64,000 bases of DNA from an uncultured delta proteobacterium (GCA_963823335.1 CAWGLD010000001.1:1888001-1952000), one strand, 5' to 3'. Shown: positions 41,409-53,132, counted from the first letter of the stretch. The notes: generated by a model not told the origin, from the letters alone. Translations and numbers: made by a program.

Positions 41409-43635
41409 ATGGATTCTTCAGATATGGTAGATGAGAGAGCGGATGGGGTTACCATCGTCCGTACCACATCCACCTTTGATTGCGGGGGTCGATGCCCCAT
41501 CAAACTACACGTAAAGGACAACAAGATACTGCGTGTTGAAGGTGACGACATCGCGGGTACCGACCAACAGCTCAGGACCTGTCTGCGCTGTCGGGCCTAC
41601 CGCCAGTATGTCCACCATCCGGAACGGCTCATGCACCCGCTCAAACGTGTGGGGGAGAAGGGTGAAGGCAAATTTGAAAGAATTTCCTGGGACGAAGCCC
41701 TGGATACGCTGGCGAACAAACTCAAAAAAGTCAAGGAGACGTATGGGAATGCAGGTATTCTTCTGGCTACGGGAGGCGCCTACATTGCCGGGCTTCACAA
41801 CGGCGGGTTTGCCGCAGCCCGATTGCTGGGACAGTTTGGCGGCTATACCACCCACTACGGCAACATCTCGTCCGAAGGGGCTGTGTGGGCTTCCCTGACC
41901 CAGTATGGATCCGTGATGGTGGGCAACAGCCGGGAAGACATGCTCAATTCAAAACTGATTATCCTGTGGGGTTGGGATCCGGCCCGCATGATTTCCGGCA
42001 CCAACACCATGTACCACCTGATAAAGGCCAGGGAGAACGGTGCCAGAGTGATCGCCATCGATCCGCGCTATCACGACACCGCGGCAGCCGTAGCCGATGA
42101 GTGGATTCCCATCTACCCCAGCACGGACACGGCCATGATGGTGGCTATGGCTTACGTCATGATCAAAGAGGACCTGCACGATCAAGCATTTCTGGATAAA
42201 TACACACTGGGGTTTGAGACGTTCCGGGCCTATGTCATGGGTGAGGAAGACGGTGTGCAGAAAACACCGGCCTGGGCAGCGGAGATTACGGGTGTCCCGG
42301 CCGGAACCATCGAGCGGGTTGCCAGACTGTATGCCCAAACAAAACCGGCCGCTCTGATGGACTGCCAGGGGCCTGCCCGGAGTGCCATGGGGGAGCAGTA
42401 CAACCGTTGTGCGTCTACCCTGTGTGCCATGACAGGCAACGTGGGCCGACCCGGCGGCAGTGCCGGCGGTGGTCTCATGGGGATTCCCATTGGTCACATG
42501 TTCCGCATGTCGGCCATCCCGCCGGGCAAGAATCCCGTGGAACAGGATGGTCCTAAAGTCAAGGGGACCCTGGACATCCGACTGCGCGTGGCCAAACGTA
42601 TCCACATCAACAAGCTGTTCGACGCCATTTTAAAAGGCAAGGCCGGCGGGTACCCGGCCGATATCAAGATGATGTGGTCCATGTGCAACAACTACATCAA
42701 CCAGACCGGCAACAGCAACAAGGCCCACCGTGCGCTGAAACAGCTGGATTTTCTGGCCGTGAACGAGCTTTTCATGACCGCTACGGCCCGATACGCCGAT
42801 ATTGTTCTGCCGGTGACAACGGCAGCCGAACGTTCCGATCTGACCAGACCCTGGCCGTCGGGTCCCTATTTTACATTTGTCAACCGGGCCCTGGAACCCC
42901 TGGGTGAGTGCAAATCCGACCTGGATATTGCCGGCGAACTGGCAGAGCGTCTGGGAATCGAAAATTTCAACCCCTTTACCGAAGACGACATCCTGCGCAT
43001 GTTTGTGGAACAGAACCCGGAGACAGCCCCGCTGATTCCCGACTTTGATAAATTCCGGCGTGAGGGCATCCACCGGGTGACACTGGAAAAGCCCATCGTG
43101 GCCTTTCAGGCGCAGATCGAGGACCTGGAAAATCATCCCTTTGAGACGCCTTCCGGAAAGATCGAGATTTATTCACAGCGTGTCGCAGACCTGGACACCC
43201 CCTTGTGTCCCCCTATTCCCAAGTACATGCAGGTCCCGGAGGATCGCAGCGACCCTCTGGCTGAAAAATACCCGCTGCAGCTGCTCACGCCCCATCCCAG
43301 AAACCGGGTGCATTCCGAACTGTACAAGGTGGAATGGTTGCGGGAGGTTGAACGCACCGGGCCTGGATCAACCCTGTGGACGCAGACGGCACGGGGCATA
43401 ACGGACGGTGATGAGATTTTTGTGTTCAATGATCGCGGCAGGGTGTTGATACCGGCCTGGGTGACGGAGAGAATCATACCGGGGGTTATCTCCATATTCG
43501 AAGGCGCCTGGTACACCCCGGATGAACAACGGCATCGACCGGGGCGCCTGTGCCAACACCCTGACCCGGGACGCCTACTCGGGTGGTGGGGCGGCGGTGA
43601 TGAATACGTCTCTGGTGCAGGTTGAGAAAGTATAG
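41409..43635 (+). CDS. Molybdopterin oxidoreductase catalytic subunit (DmsA/YnfE-like), frameshifts near the 3' end
   Basis: DCGGRC..CLRC, RLMHPLKRVG..GEGKFERISWDEA, GNISS, WGWDP, TPSGKIEIYS; the C-terminus (CANTLT..NTSLVQVEKV) is in a shifted frame. Confidence 0.9.
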
Positions 43636-43708
43636 CTATTTCATAAAAGAGCGACAATGTCGCGTTTCAAAAATTCGTTTCCACGAATTTATTAAAGTGG
43701 AGAGTATC

Positions 43709-44278
43709 ATGCAAGTAGGATTTTACTTTGACCAGACGCGCTGCACCGGCTGCAGTGCATGCCGTGTGGCCTGTAAAGACTGGAACGATATCCCGGCCGG
43801 ACCGGAAAACTGGATGAACGTCCATTATTCGGAAAAAGGAAAATGTCCGGATGTATTTGTCAGCTACACTGTCGCCGCCTGCTGGCATTGTGTTGATCCG
43901 GTCTGTATCCCGGCCTGCCCGGAAGGCGCCATTTCCAAAAGAGAACAGGACGGCATCGTTCTGGTGGACAGGGAGGCCTGTATCGGCAATGAGAAATGTG
44001 ATGCCAAATGCCTGAAAGCATGCCCCTACGATGCGCCCCAGTTCGGTCCTGAAAAAGGGGCCAGGATGGGAAAGTGTAATTTCTGTGTCGACCGCTGGGA
44101 GGCCGGCAAGGTGCCGGACTGCGTGGAAGCCTGCCCGGTGAGGGCTCTGGAGGCCGGCCCCTGGATGAACTGGAGAAAAAATATGGAAAAATCAGGCAAG
44201 CCGAAGGCTTCAGGTACTCCAAGCCGGACCAAACCGGCGGTAATCTTTAAACCCAAGCAGAACCCTCAGGATCAATAA
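43709..44278 (+). CDS. 4Fe-4S dicluster subunit (DmsB-like)
   Basis: GFYFDQTRCTGCSACRVACK, CWHC..PVCIPACP, CLKACPY, KCNFC..CVEACP; probable local frameshift near 44160. Confidence 0.9.
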   Translation: MQVGFYFDQTRCTGCSACRVACKDWNDIPAGPENWMNVHYSEKGKCPDVFVSYTVAACWHCVDPVCIPACPEGAISKREQDGIVLVDREACIGNEKCDAKCLKACPYDAPQFGPEKGARMGKCNFCVDRWEAGKVPDCVEACPVRALEAGPWMNWRKNMEKSGKPKASGTPSRTKPAVIFKPKQNPQDQ

Positions 44279-44328
44279 TTTCATCACGAAAATAAAATCG
44301 TCCTACGATTTTATTAATGGAGTAAACC

Positions 44329-45159
44329 ATGCCCAAAGTTGATTTGAGTGTGATCGGCAAAAAGAACGATCCCGTTGAATTTGAATATACCTGGAAAGAC
44401 GTGGTGTTGTACGCCTTGAGCGTGGGTGCCACCGCACAGGAGTTTTCACATGTTTACGAACACGCACCCGATGGGTTGAAGGTTCTGCCGAGCTTTTGCG
44501 TGATCCCCTCCCTCAAAGCCTTTCCCTATGTGGGTGATGTGGACTGGCCTTTGTTCTTGCACGGCGAACAGCGTATTCGTCTGCACAGACCTTTACCGCC
44601 GGAAGGAAAAGTCGTGCAGGTGGGCGAGGTAAAAAATATTTATGACAAAGGCAAGGGCGCGGTGTACGATATTCGCATTACCGGCCGCACAACGGACGAT
44701 GAACTGCTCTATGAAGCCGGGTATGTCAATTTTTATCTCGGGGCAGGCGGCTTCGGGGGAGACCCGGGGCCCAGGGGTGAGCGGCTTGAACCGCCGGAAG
44801 GCGCGGGCCCCGATTTCAGTGTGACGGAAGCCGTACCGGCATCGCAGGCCGCCCTCTATCGCCTCAACGGTGATCTCAACCCGTTGCATATCGATCCTGC
44901 GGCAGCCAAAAGGGCCGGATTCGAGCGTCCGATTCTGCATGGTCTCTGCACCTATGGTTATGCTGTCCGGGCAGTGATCAATGGCGGTCTGAATGGTGAT
45001 TCCGAGCGCCTCAATGGGTTCAGTGCACGATTTTCACGTCCGGTTTACCCGGGAGAAACATTGACCACTGAAGGATGGAAAGCAGACAAGGGCTATATCG
45101 TAAGGGTGAGTTCGCCTGCAGACACGGTGATCACCAATGCATATGCAGAGATCGCTTGA
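44329..45159 (+). CDS. MaoC-like (R)-specific enoyl-CoA hydratase, double hot-dog (MFE-2 type)
   Basis: LYALSVGA, LHGEQ, YRLNGDLNPLHIDP..A..AGFERPILHGLCTYG. Confidence 0.92.
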   Translation: MPKVDLSVIGKKNDPVEFEYTWKDVVLYALSVGATAQEFSHVYEHAPDGLKVLPSFCVIPSLKAFPYVGDVDWPLFLHGEQRIRLHRPLPPEGKVVQVGEVKNIYDKGKGAVYDIRITGRTTDDELLYEAGYVNFYLGAGGFGGDPGPRGERLEPPEGAGPDFSVTEAVPASQAALYRLNGDLNPLHIDPAAAKRAGFERPILHGLCTYGYAVRAVINGGLNGDSERLNGFSARFSRPVYPGETLTTEGWKADKGYIVRVSSPADTVITNAYAEIA

Positions 45160-45272
45160 CCCTATAGTGGCATGAACAACATGGCAAGGTATCGATAGGG
45201 TTAATACTTCAATTTTCTTTTATCGCAAAAAGAACCGTGAAAAGTTTTGGCTGAACAGATACAGGAGGAAGC

Positions 45273-47081
45273 ATGGCTACCAAATTTTTTAGCGAAAGAA
45301 ATCTGAAGTTTATGTTGTACGAAGTGCACGACGTGTTGTTGCTCACGCAGTACGACGTATTACGCGGAACACAACCGGAAAATGTTTGATATGGTCCTGA
45401 AGGCTGCCGGACAAGGTCGGCAAGGATCTCCTTTTTCCCGATATTTGAGGAGATGGACCGCAAACAGCCGGAGCTGGTCAACGGCGAGGTCAAAGTCCAT
45501 CCCGCCGTTCGTAAAATAATGAAGGAATTCGGGGAAGGCGGCTGGATCACCGCCCGGGTCCCCTTTGATCTGGATGGCGAGCAACTGCCGCACCTGATTG
45601 CCGACACCTGCGAATATCTTTTCCAGTGTGCTAACTACTCTGCCAACGCTTATCATGGACTAACAGCCGGCGCGGCCAATTTGATTGAAACTTTTGGCAG
45701 CAAAGAACTGTATGACACCTACACACCGAAAATGTATACGGGGGAATGGCAGGGGACCATGGCTCTGACCGAGCCCGAAGCCGGTTCTTCGCTGTCCGAT
45801 ATCACCACCATGGCCGAACCAACTGATGAGGGCTATTATCGCATCAAGGGTCAAAAAATATTTATTTCCGCCGGGGACCATGATGGTGTCGATAACGTGG
45901 TACATTTAATGCTGGCCAAAATTGAAGGTGCGCCAGCAGGTGTGAAAGGCATTTCCCTGTTTGTGGTACCCAAGAAGCGTTTGGATGACAAGGGCGAGCT
46001 CGTTTCCAATGACGTTGTAACCTCCGGTATTTATCACAAGCTGGGGTATCGGGGATGTCCCATTGCGCAGCTCAGTCTGGGAGATAAAAACGACTGTCGC
46101 GGTTGGCTGGTGGGGGAACCCCATAAGGGTTTGAAATACATGTTTCTAATGATGAATGGTGCCCGAATTGGTGTCGGTTTGGGTGCCGCTGCCATGTCCA
46201 CCGCGGCCTATTATGCCGCCCTGGAGTATGCAAAGACCCGTCGCCAGGGCCGGATCGTCTCACAAAAGGATCCGAGCCTGCCGCCGGTTCCCATCATCGA
46301 GCACGCGGATGTCAAACGCATGCTGTTGTTTCAGCGTGCCGTGACCGAGGGAGGATATTCCATTCTGATGCAGTGCAGCAAATACCTGGATCTGCAGCAC
46401 ATCGTCAACGATGAAGAAAAAGAAAAATACAACCTGCTGCTGGAAATTTTGACGCCGGTCGCCAAAAGCTATCCATCGGAAATGGGTGTTCAGTCCATCA
46501 GTCAGGGATTGCAGTGTCTGGGAGGGTCGGGTTATTGTGACGATTATCCCCTGGAGCAGTATTATCGTGATGCCCGCATTCATCCGATTCACGAAGGAAC
46601 TACAGGTATTCAGGGCATGGATCTTCTGGGTCGCAAGGTGCTCATGCAGAACGGCCGCGCTTTTGAACTGCTGATAACAGAAATTCAGGCAACCGTCGCG
46701 GCTGCATCGGATTTCTCAGAACTTCGGGACCCTGCCCGACAGCTTGGCGAGGCTTTGTCGGATCTGCAAAAAGTTACCGAACATTTGGTTGCCATTGCCC
46801 GGACAAAAGGCCCTGAATACTTTCTGGCGGACGCCACCCTGTATTTGGAGCTTTTCGGTATCGTCGCTGTGGCCTGGCAGTGGCTGCTGCAGGGCAGCGC
46901 CATTCAAAAAGCCTTGAACAATGGCGCAAAAAACAAGGAGTTGAATTTTTACCACGGGAAAATGGCTGCTCTACGATATTTCTTTGGTTACGAACTGCCC
47001 AAAACACTGGGGCTGGCCGAACGCCTCATGCATACGGATGGGTTGACCGTGGACATGCGAACCGAACTCTTTAATGACTGA
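45273..47081 (+). CDS. Acyl-CoA dehydrogenase (long type), N-terminal frameshifts at about 45358-45440
   Basis: AGGAGG SD and MATKFFSERNLKFMLYEV at 45273; GTMALTEPEAGS, GQKIFIS, IHEGTTGIQ. Confidence 0.9.
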
Positions 47082-47115
47082 TTTCACAAATAAAGATAAA
47101 ATTGAGGAGGCAGCG

Positions 47116-48837
47116 ATGAAAATTTTAAGGGTAAACATGACAGAGGCAAGCATAACCGTCGAAGATCTGCCCCGGAAATATATGGGCCTGGGGGGCAGGG
47201 GCCTGACCTCGGTCCTGATCAACGATGATGTGCCGCCTTCCTGCGACCCGCTGGGACCGGACAATAAACTTATATTTGCACCCGGTCTTCTCACCGGAAC
47301 CATGTTGGTGAACACGAGCCGGCTGTCAATCGGCGCCAAAAGCCCGCTGACCCGGGGGATTAAAGAAAGTAACGCAGGTGGAACCGTGGGAGCCTCGTTG
47401 GGCAAGCTGGGAATTGCCGCAATCATCGTCGAGGGTCAGGCGCCAGAGGGTGCATACCATCTCTTAACAATCGATGCAAAGGGTGATGCTGCCCTGGAAT
47501 CCGCCAAGGATTACACAGGTATGCGGACCTACGCTCTGGTGGAAAAACTGCTTCAGGTATATGACGAGAAAAGTGGTGTGCTGTGTATCGGGCCCGCCGG
47601 TGAATTCAGAATGGCATCGGCCTCGATCCAGAGTTCGGATGCCGATGGCCGGCCATGCAGAGCCGCAGGGCGGGGAGGTCTTGGCGCGGTCATGGGTGCC
47701 AAGGGTTTGAAAGCGATTGTTGTGAGCCCCTTTGGTAAGGGTGCCGATGCCCTGGCAGATGCGGATGGGTTCAAAGAAGCTGCCAAGGCATTTGCAGCGG
47801 CCGTCCAGGCCGACCCTTTTGCCAGCCAGATACTGCCGGCCATGGGAACGGCTGCGCTCACATCGATGGTCAACGCCATGGGCGCCTTTCCCAGTCGAAA
47901 TGCAACCCAGGGCGTCATGAAGAACCATGAGAAAATCAGTGGCGAAAAGATGGTGGCACTCATCAATGAAAGAGGTGGCAAAGTGGGCCATAGGGGTTGT
48001 TCCCAGTGCATCATTCGCTGTTCCAATGAATTTGTGGATCAGGAGGGGCAATACATAACCGGTTCCCTGGAATATGAAACCATCTGGGCCATGGGGGGCA
48101 TGACCGACATCGATGATTTGGATACCATTGCCAGGCTCGATTTTTTGGCGGATGACATCGGGCTGGATACCATGAATACGGGTGTGGCCATGGCTGTGGC
48201 TATGGACGCCGGTTACAGGGAATTTGGTGATGGCCGGGCGGCCATTGAAATGATGGAAGAAATTGCCCGGGGCACTGAGATTGGGAAAATACTCGGAAAC
48301 GGGCCCGCATCGGTGGGAAAACACTTCAATCATCATCGTGTGCCGGTAGTCAAGGGCCAGAGCATTGCGGCATACGACCCCCGGGGCATGCAGGGAAACG
48401 GTGTTACCTATGCCACCTCACCCATGGGAGCGGATCACACGGCCGGGAACCTGATCGGCAGCTATCTGACCGGTGTTCTCAACCCTCTTGAAATCGATGG
48501 GCAGGTGGCGGCTTCCCGAAATGCCCAGATTTTTATGGCCTATCTCGATTGCACGGGGCTTTGCCTTTTTACGGCCGGTGCGATGGCAAGCCAGGAGGGG
48601 GCCCAGGCATTGGTTGATATGATTAACATCAAGTGTGGTACGCAGTTGGGAACCGGGGAAGCTGTCGGTATGGGCGCCCAGGTATTGAAAGCCGAGCGGG
48701 ACTTCAATTTCAAAGCCGGTTTAACCAGGAAAGACGATCGCCTGGCCAGATTTTTCTATGAGGAACCCTTGCCACCTCACAACAAGGTATTTCTTATGAG
48801 TGATGACGACCTGGACAGTGTTCATGACCCTGTTTAA
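47116..48837 (+). CDS. Aldehyde:ferredoxin oxidoreductase (tungsten AOR family)
   Basis: MKILRVNM, GLGGRGL, AKSPLT.GIKESNAGG, GRGGLGAVMGAKGLKA, CSQCIIRC, EYET, DDIGLD, YDPR, GADHTAG. Confidence 0.93.
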   Translation: MKILRVNMTEASITVEDLPRKYMGLGGRGLTSVLINDDVPPSCDPLGPDNKLIFAPGLLTGTMLVNTSRLSIGAKSPLTRGIKESNAGGTVGASLGKLGIAAIIVEGQAPEGAYHLLTIDAKGDAALESAKDYTGMRTYALVEKLLQVYDEKSGVLCIGPAGEFRMASASIQSSDADGRPCRAAGRGGLGAVMGAKGLKAIVVSPFGKGADALADADGFKEAAKAFAAAVQADPFASQILPAMGTAALTSMVNAMGAFPSRNATQGVMKNHEKISGEKMVALINERGGKVGHRGCSQCIIRCSNEFVDQEGQYITGSLEYETIWAMGGMTDIDDLDTIARLDFLADDIGLDTMNTGVAMAVAMDAGYREFGDGRAAIEMMEEIARGTEIGKILGNGPASVGKHFNHHRVPVVKGQSIAAYDPRGMQGNGVTYATSPMGADHTAGNLIGSYLTGVLNPLEIDGQVAASRNAQIFMAYLDCTGLCLFTAGAMASQEGAQALVDMINIKCGTQLGTGEAVGMGAQVLKAERDFNFKAGLTRKDDRLARFFYEEPLPPHNKVFLMSDDDLDSVHDPV

Positions 48838-48899
48838 GATCAACTAAAAGCAACTCCCGGTTATCCGGACCGGGATTATTTGCTTGGAGGAATTCGTTC

Positions 48900-49130
48900 A
48901 TGTTTCAATTCAACCCAAAAGAGCGCTACACCATGCCGGCCCACTTTGGACCCCGAACCAGCAAAGTACCTTCGGGCTGGTATCACAATGTCACCAATCT
49001 GGTCATATCCTATCGGACCGACAGGGATAAACTGGCGGCCTATGTGCCGGAACCCTTTGAGATTGCCGAAGAGGCCATTGTATCGGTGACGTATGCCTGT
49101 AACAAAGAGGTGGACTGGCTGGCCGGGCAT
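48900..49130 (+). pseudogene. Acetoacetate decarboxylase-like family, N-terminal fragment
   Basis: YTMPAHFG, ISYRTDRDKLAAYVPEPFE, EVDWLAG, then an abrupt loss of similarity. Confidence 0.65.
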
Positions 49131-49353
49131 GGATGTTTTTCTATCGGAAATAGAATCTGAAACGCGCAATATCTTGTTTCCCAGGTACGATCATGACCTG
49201 GTCAGAAACTATCTGGACCCTTATATCAAAAAAGGACATACAGGGACAAACGCTTGGAAAGGATTTTATTCCTACCCCAACCCCATATACGAAAAAGCCG
49301 ATTTCCTGGTGAATCCCTTTAACATTTATACCATAAGGGTTGTAAACGAATGA
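49131..49353 (+). pseudogene. 3-hydroxyacyl-CoA dehydrogenase C-terminal fragment
   Basis: YLDPYIKKGHTG..KGFYSYPNPIYEKADFL resembles the C-terminus of the 57877-59155 gene. Confidence 0.65.
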
Positions 49354-50837
49354 ACAGTCCAAATGATGTTGCTTTTCAATCGGCCACCGAATTGGTTAGG
49401 GCCATTCAGGACCGGCGTATCAGCTCCCTTGAACTGCTCGAGTTGTATATAGAAAGGTTTGAGCGCTTGAACCCGGTCATCAACGCCATTGTGGCCACTG
49501 ACTTCGAGAACGCCCGCCGGCGGGCCCGTCAGGCCGACGATGCGCTTTCAAAAAATGAATACTGGGGAGTGTTGCATGGACTTCCCATAACCATCAAGGA
49601 TTCCATCGAAGTCACCGGTATGCCCTGCACGTCAGGGGCGCCTGAATTGAAAAACAACCTGCCGGGCAGGAATGCCGATGTTGTTCAGGCATTACTCGAT
49701 GCCGGGGCGATCGTATTCGGGAAAACAAACCTGCCTTTTTACGCCATGGATTTTCAAAGTTATAACGATGTATATGGCCAGACAAACAATCCATGGGATG
49801 TTTCAAAAATCCCGGGTGGTTCGTCGGGCGGTTCGGCGGCAGCCCTGGCGGCAGGTTTGACCGGGCTCGAAATAGGCAGTGATATCGGCGGTTCCATCCG
49901 TAACCCGGCCCATTTTTGCGGGGTTTTCGGTCTCAAACCTTCTTTTGACATCATCCCCATGCGGGGGCATATCCCGCCGCCTCCCGGTGTATTTAAAGGT
50001 GCATACTCACTGCCGGGGGATATCGCGGTCGTCGGTCCCCTGGCCCGAAGCGCCAAAGATCTGGACTTGATTTTAGATTTGATTGTCGCTCCACCAGAAT
50101 ACCTGAAAACGGCCTGGAGTGTTCATCTGCCTCCGGCGCGAAAAAAGCGTCTCCAGGACTACAAAATAGCCCTATGGCTGGATGACCCTGTTTTTCCTGT
50201 CGACACCCTTGTGGGCGACGCTATCCAGAAGACCGCAGATGAACTGGTGAAGTATGGGGCGAAGATCCAGGAAGAAAAACCGGATATCGATTTTGCCAGG
50301 AGCCATGAAGTTTACACGCAGCTGCTTTCGGCGGTATCCAGCCCTGGTTTGCCCCGGGACATTTTCGAGCAGGCCCTGGGAGAGGTCCCGAATCTGGTGG
50401 AAACGGATAAAGGTTATCAGGCCCAGTGGGTAAGAGGAACGACGATGTTGCACCGCAACTGGCTGTCCCTCAATTACGAGCGATTGAAATTGAGGCAGAG
50501 GTGGGCCGATTTTTTTACGGAATTCGACATATTTCTATGTCCGGCCGCACCGGTAACGGCCTTTGCGCATGACCACAGCCCTTTTTTTGAACGAACCCTG
50601 GCCGTAAACCAGGAGCACAGGCCTTATGCGGACACGCTTCTGGGTTGGGCGGGGCTGACCTGCGTGGCTTATCTGCCGGCCACAATCGCTCCGATAGGTC
50701 TGGCGGAAAACGGGATGCCGGTGGGGGTTCAAGTTGTCGGTCCCTATCTTGAGGACAAAACATCGATCCATTTTGCCGGTTTGTTGGAAGAAACAATTGG
50801 CGGGTTTATGGTGCCTGCAGGATTTAAAACATCATAG
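49350..50837 (+). CDS. Amidase (amidase signature family)
   Basis: LHGLPITIKD, GKTN, PGGSSGGSA, GSDIGGSIRNPA: intact Lys-cisSer-Ser triad. Confidence 0.95.
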   Translation: MNSPNDVAFQSATELVRAIQDRRISSLELLELYIERFERLNPVINAIVATDFENARRRARQADDALSKNEYWGVLHGLPITIKDSIEVTGMPCTSGAPELKNNLPGRNADVVQALLDAGAIVFGKTNLPFYAMDFQSYNDVYGQTNNPWDVSKIPGGSSGGSAAALAAGLTGLEIGSDIGGSIRNPAHFCGVFGLKPSFDIIPMRGHIPPPPGVFKGAYSLPGDIAVVGPLARSAKDLDLILDLIVAPPEYLKTAWSVHLPPARKKRLQDYKIALWLDDPVFPVDTLVGDAIQKTADELVKYGAKIQEEKPDIDFARSHEVYTQLLSAVSSPGLPRDIFEQALGEVPNLVETDKGYQAQWVRGTTMLHRNWLSLNYERLKLRQRWADFFTEFDIFLCPAAPVTAFAHDHSPFFERTLAVNQEHRPYADTLLGWAGLTCVAYLPATIAPIGLAENGMPVGVQVVGPYLEDKTSIHFAGLLEETIGGFMVPAGFKTS

Positions 50838-50972
50838 CCAATCAGGTCGACAAGGGAATGGATCCGGTCAAATTCCTGTCGATGGTCCTAGCGGCCATCG
50901 AAAGGTGATAAACCCCCAAGAGGTTAGAAACGCGGTCGTGCCTACAATTCTATCAACAGGAAAGGAAACCCT

Positions 50973-51587
50973 ATGAAGGTTATTGGAATTAATGCGAGTC
51001 CGAGAAAGAAGGCAAACACCCAGACATTGGTTGAAGCCGTGTTGGCAGGGGCGGCAGAGAGCGGCGCGGAAACCCGTCTTGTGAATTTAAGGGAGTTGAC
51101 AATACATGGATGCCTGGGGTGTGAAGGATGTAAAAAACAACTGGGTCAATGTGTTCAGAAAGATGACCTGACCACATTGCTTAAGGACATGACAAGCTAT
51201 GATGCCATCGTAATGGGAACACCGGTTTACTGGTACCATGTGTCAGCGCAGCTCAAGATGCTGGTGGATCGCCTTTACTGCTTTTTTGAATTTGGAGAAA
51301 ACCCGGATACTGGCGAACAGACTATCCACTCGGTGTTTCCGAGCGGGAAAAAGCTTCTGTTTATCATCTCCCGTGGCGATCCTGAGCCACCAAAGTTTTT
51401 TTCACAATTTTACGATCATTTGAACGAATGGCTCACTTTGATCCCGCTTTCTCTAGGCGTTGCGAAGCATAAATTTTTGCATCAATATGAAACAGGTAAT
51501 GACCGGAAATCGGCGGTAAATGATCCCGAGATACTGGGAAAAGCCAAAGCATTGGGTGCCGGTTTTTTGTCAACGGCGTCCCTGTAG
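50973..51587 (+). CDS. Iron-sulfur flavoprotein / flavodoxin family
   Basis: ASPRKKANT, CLGCEGC-x5-C, GTPVYW..VSAQLKMLVDR. Confidence 0.9.
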   Translation: MKVIGINASPRKKANTQTLVEAVLAGAAESGAETRLVNLRELTIHGCLGCEGCKKQLGQCVQKDDLTTLLKDMTSYDAIVMGTPVYWYHVSAQLKMLVDRLYCFFEFGENPDTGEQTIHSVFPSGKKLLFIISRGDPEPPKFFSQFYDHLNEWLTLIPLSLGVAKHKFLHQYETGNDRKSAVNDPEILGKAKALGAGFLSTASL

Positions 51588-51610
51588 AAACACCGACAGG
51601 AGGCAACGAC

Positions 51611-51832
51611 ATGTCAAATTTCGAAGCAATATTGCGCCTGGATGCGACAGCCCAGGCTGAGCTGATACGCCGCAGAAAAATAAAGCCCTTGGAATTGGTG
51701 GAAGCCGCGATAGAAGGGGTCGAAAAGGTGAATCCAGACCTGAATCTGGTCATCACAACCCTTTTTCGCCTGGCGGTACAGCTCGAAGAAGCAAGACCAT
51801 GGGCTGCCCGGCGGCCACCGGTATGTGCTTGA
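51611..51832 (+). pseudogene. Amidase N-terminal fragment
   Basis: LDATAQAELIRRRKIKPLELVEAAIEGVEKVNPDLNLVIT, then truncated before a large hairpin. Confidence 0.75.
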
Positions 51833-51844
51833 AGGTCAGCTGCA

Positions 51845-51883
51845 ATTGAAGGACCTCGTAGCTTGATGCGAGGTCCTTCAATT
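51845..51883. repeat. REP-like palindrome family CCTCGCAGCTTGCTGCGAGG (copies near 29-61, 51845-51883, 56019-56048, interrupted copy at 57652-57727)
   Basis: AATTGAAGGACCTCG..CGAGGTCCTTCAATT; core shared with the other listed sites. Confidence 0.65.
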
Positions 51884-52037
51884 AATGGGGGTAGGAAATG
51901 ACGACCGGAACCCAGAGGATATAGATCCCGGACGCCAGCATTGCCGTCATCAGCCATAAAAAGGCTTTTGATATATTTATGCAAAAAAAGTAAAATCGAT
52001 ACCACTATTTTTCTTGAGAACATGAAAAGGAGGACGG

Positions 52038-53132
52038 ATGTTTAGTTTTGCATTGTCTAAAGAACAGAAAATGGTCAAGGACGAGGTGTCAAAACTCGTT
52101 AAAAGCATGCTGGTGGACACGGCCCACGATATGGATGAGCAGCGGGCAATACCGCCGGAAGCGATTCAAAAAGTGTGGGAATTGGGATTTTCGATTTCCA
52201 TGGTTCCTGAATCGTACGGGGGGTTCGGCCTGAAGGACTCACCGATTGAGACCACATTAATTCTGGAGGAACTGGCCCGGGGTGATATGGCCTTTGCCCT
52301 GGGGGTCATGATGCCGTCTCTTTTCATCCACCCCTTGGCTGAAATGGGCACCCAGGAGCAGAAAGAGATGTATCTGCCCCGCTATTGCGGCGACACTTTT
52401 AAGCCGTGCACCCTGGCCATCCAGGAACCCCACGTAGGTTTCGATCCGTTTTCCCTGAGAACCACCGCCGTTCGTAAAGAGGGTGGCTATCTCCTCAACG
52501 GGAAAAAATGTTTTGTGCCCGGCGCAAAGGCATCCGGACACATGCTGGTAGCGTCAATGCTGGATGACGAACCCGCTCTGTTTATCGTCCCTGGGAATGC
52601 CCCGGGAATGACCGTGGGGGAGAGAGAAAAAAACCTTGGTCTGTATGCCCTCGAGACTTTTGAAGTGGTTTTCGAAAACTGTCAAATCCCGGTGAAAGAC
52701 CGTCTGGGAGGGGAAAACGGGTGCGATTACAGCCGCTTGATTCAAAAATCCCGGGTGGCCATGTCAGCCATCGGTACCGGGGTTTCCCGGGCATCCCTCG
52801 ATTTCGTTAAAGCGTATGCACGGCAGCGGGTACAGTTTGGGGAACCGATTGCCCACAAGCAGTCCATCGCCTTCATGCTGGCGGAAATGGCCTACGAGGT
52901 CGATGCCATGCGGCTCATGACCTGGAAAGCGGCATCGAGACTGGAGGCAGGTAAGGATGCGGCACGAGAATCCTACCTGGCGAAGCTTTACGCCGGAGAA
53001 ATGAGCATGAAAATTACCGATCACGGCGTCCAGGTGATGGGGGGGCACGGGTACATCCGTGATTACCCGGTTGAACGATATTTCCGCAATGGTCGCGGCG
53101 TCGGTATTCTGGAGGGCATTGCAACGCTATAA
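52038..53132 (+). CDS. Acyl-CoA dehydrogenase (FadE24-like short subunit)
   Basis: EELARGD, NGKKCFV, RVQFGEPI, QVMGGHGYIRDYPVERY; ends shortly after ILEG. Confidence 0.9.
   Translation: MFSFALSKEQKMVKDEVSKLVKSMLVDTAHDMDEQRAIPPEAIQKVWELGFSISMVPESYGGFGLKDSPIETTLILEELARGDMAFALGVMMPSLFIHPLAEMGTQEQKEMYLPRYCGDTFKPCTLAIQEPHVGFDPFSLRTTAVRKEGGYLLNGKKCFVPGAKASGHMLVASMLDDEPALFIVPGNAPGMTVGEREKNLGLYALETFEVVFENCQIPVKDRLGGENGCDYSRLIQKSRVAMSAIGTGVSRASLDFVKAYARQRVQFGEPIAHKQSIAFMLAEMAYEVDAMRLMTWKAASRLEAGKDAARESYLAKLYAGEMSMKITDHGVQVMGGHGYIRDYPVERYFRNGRGVGILEGIATL

Noticed and set aside
40619-45400. Selenocysteine or programmed recoding at premature TGA codons
   Set aside because: Homology resumes in a different frame, which fits indels rather than read-through
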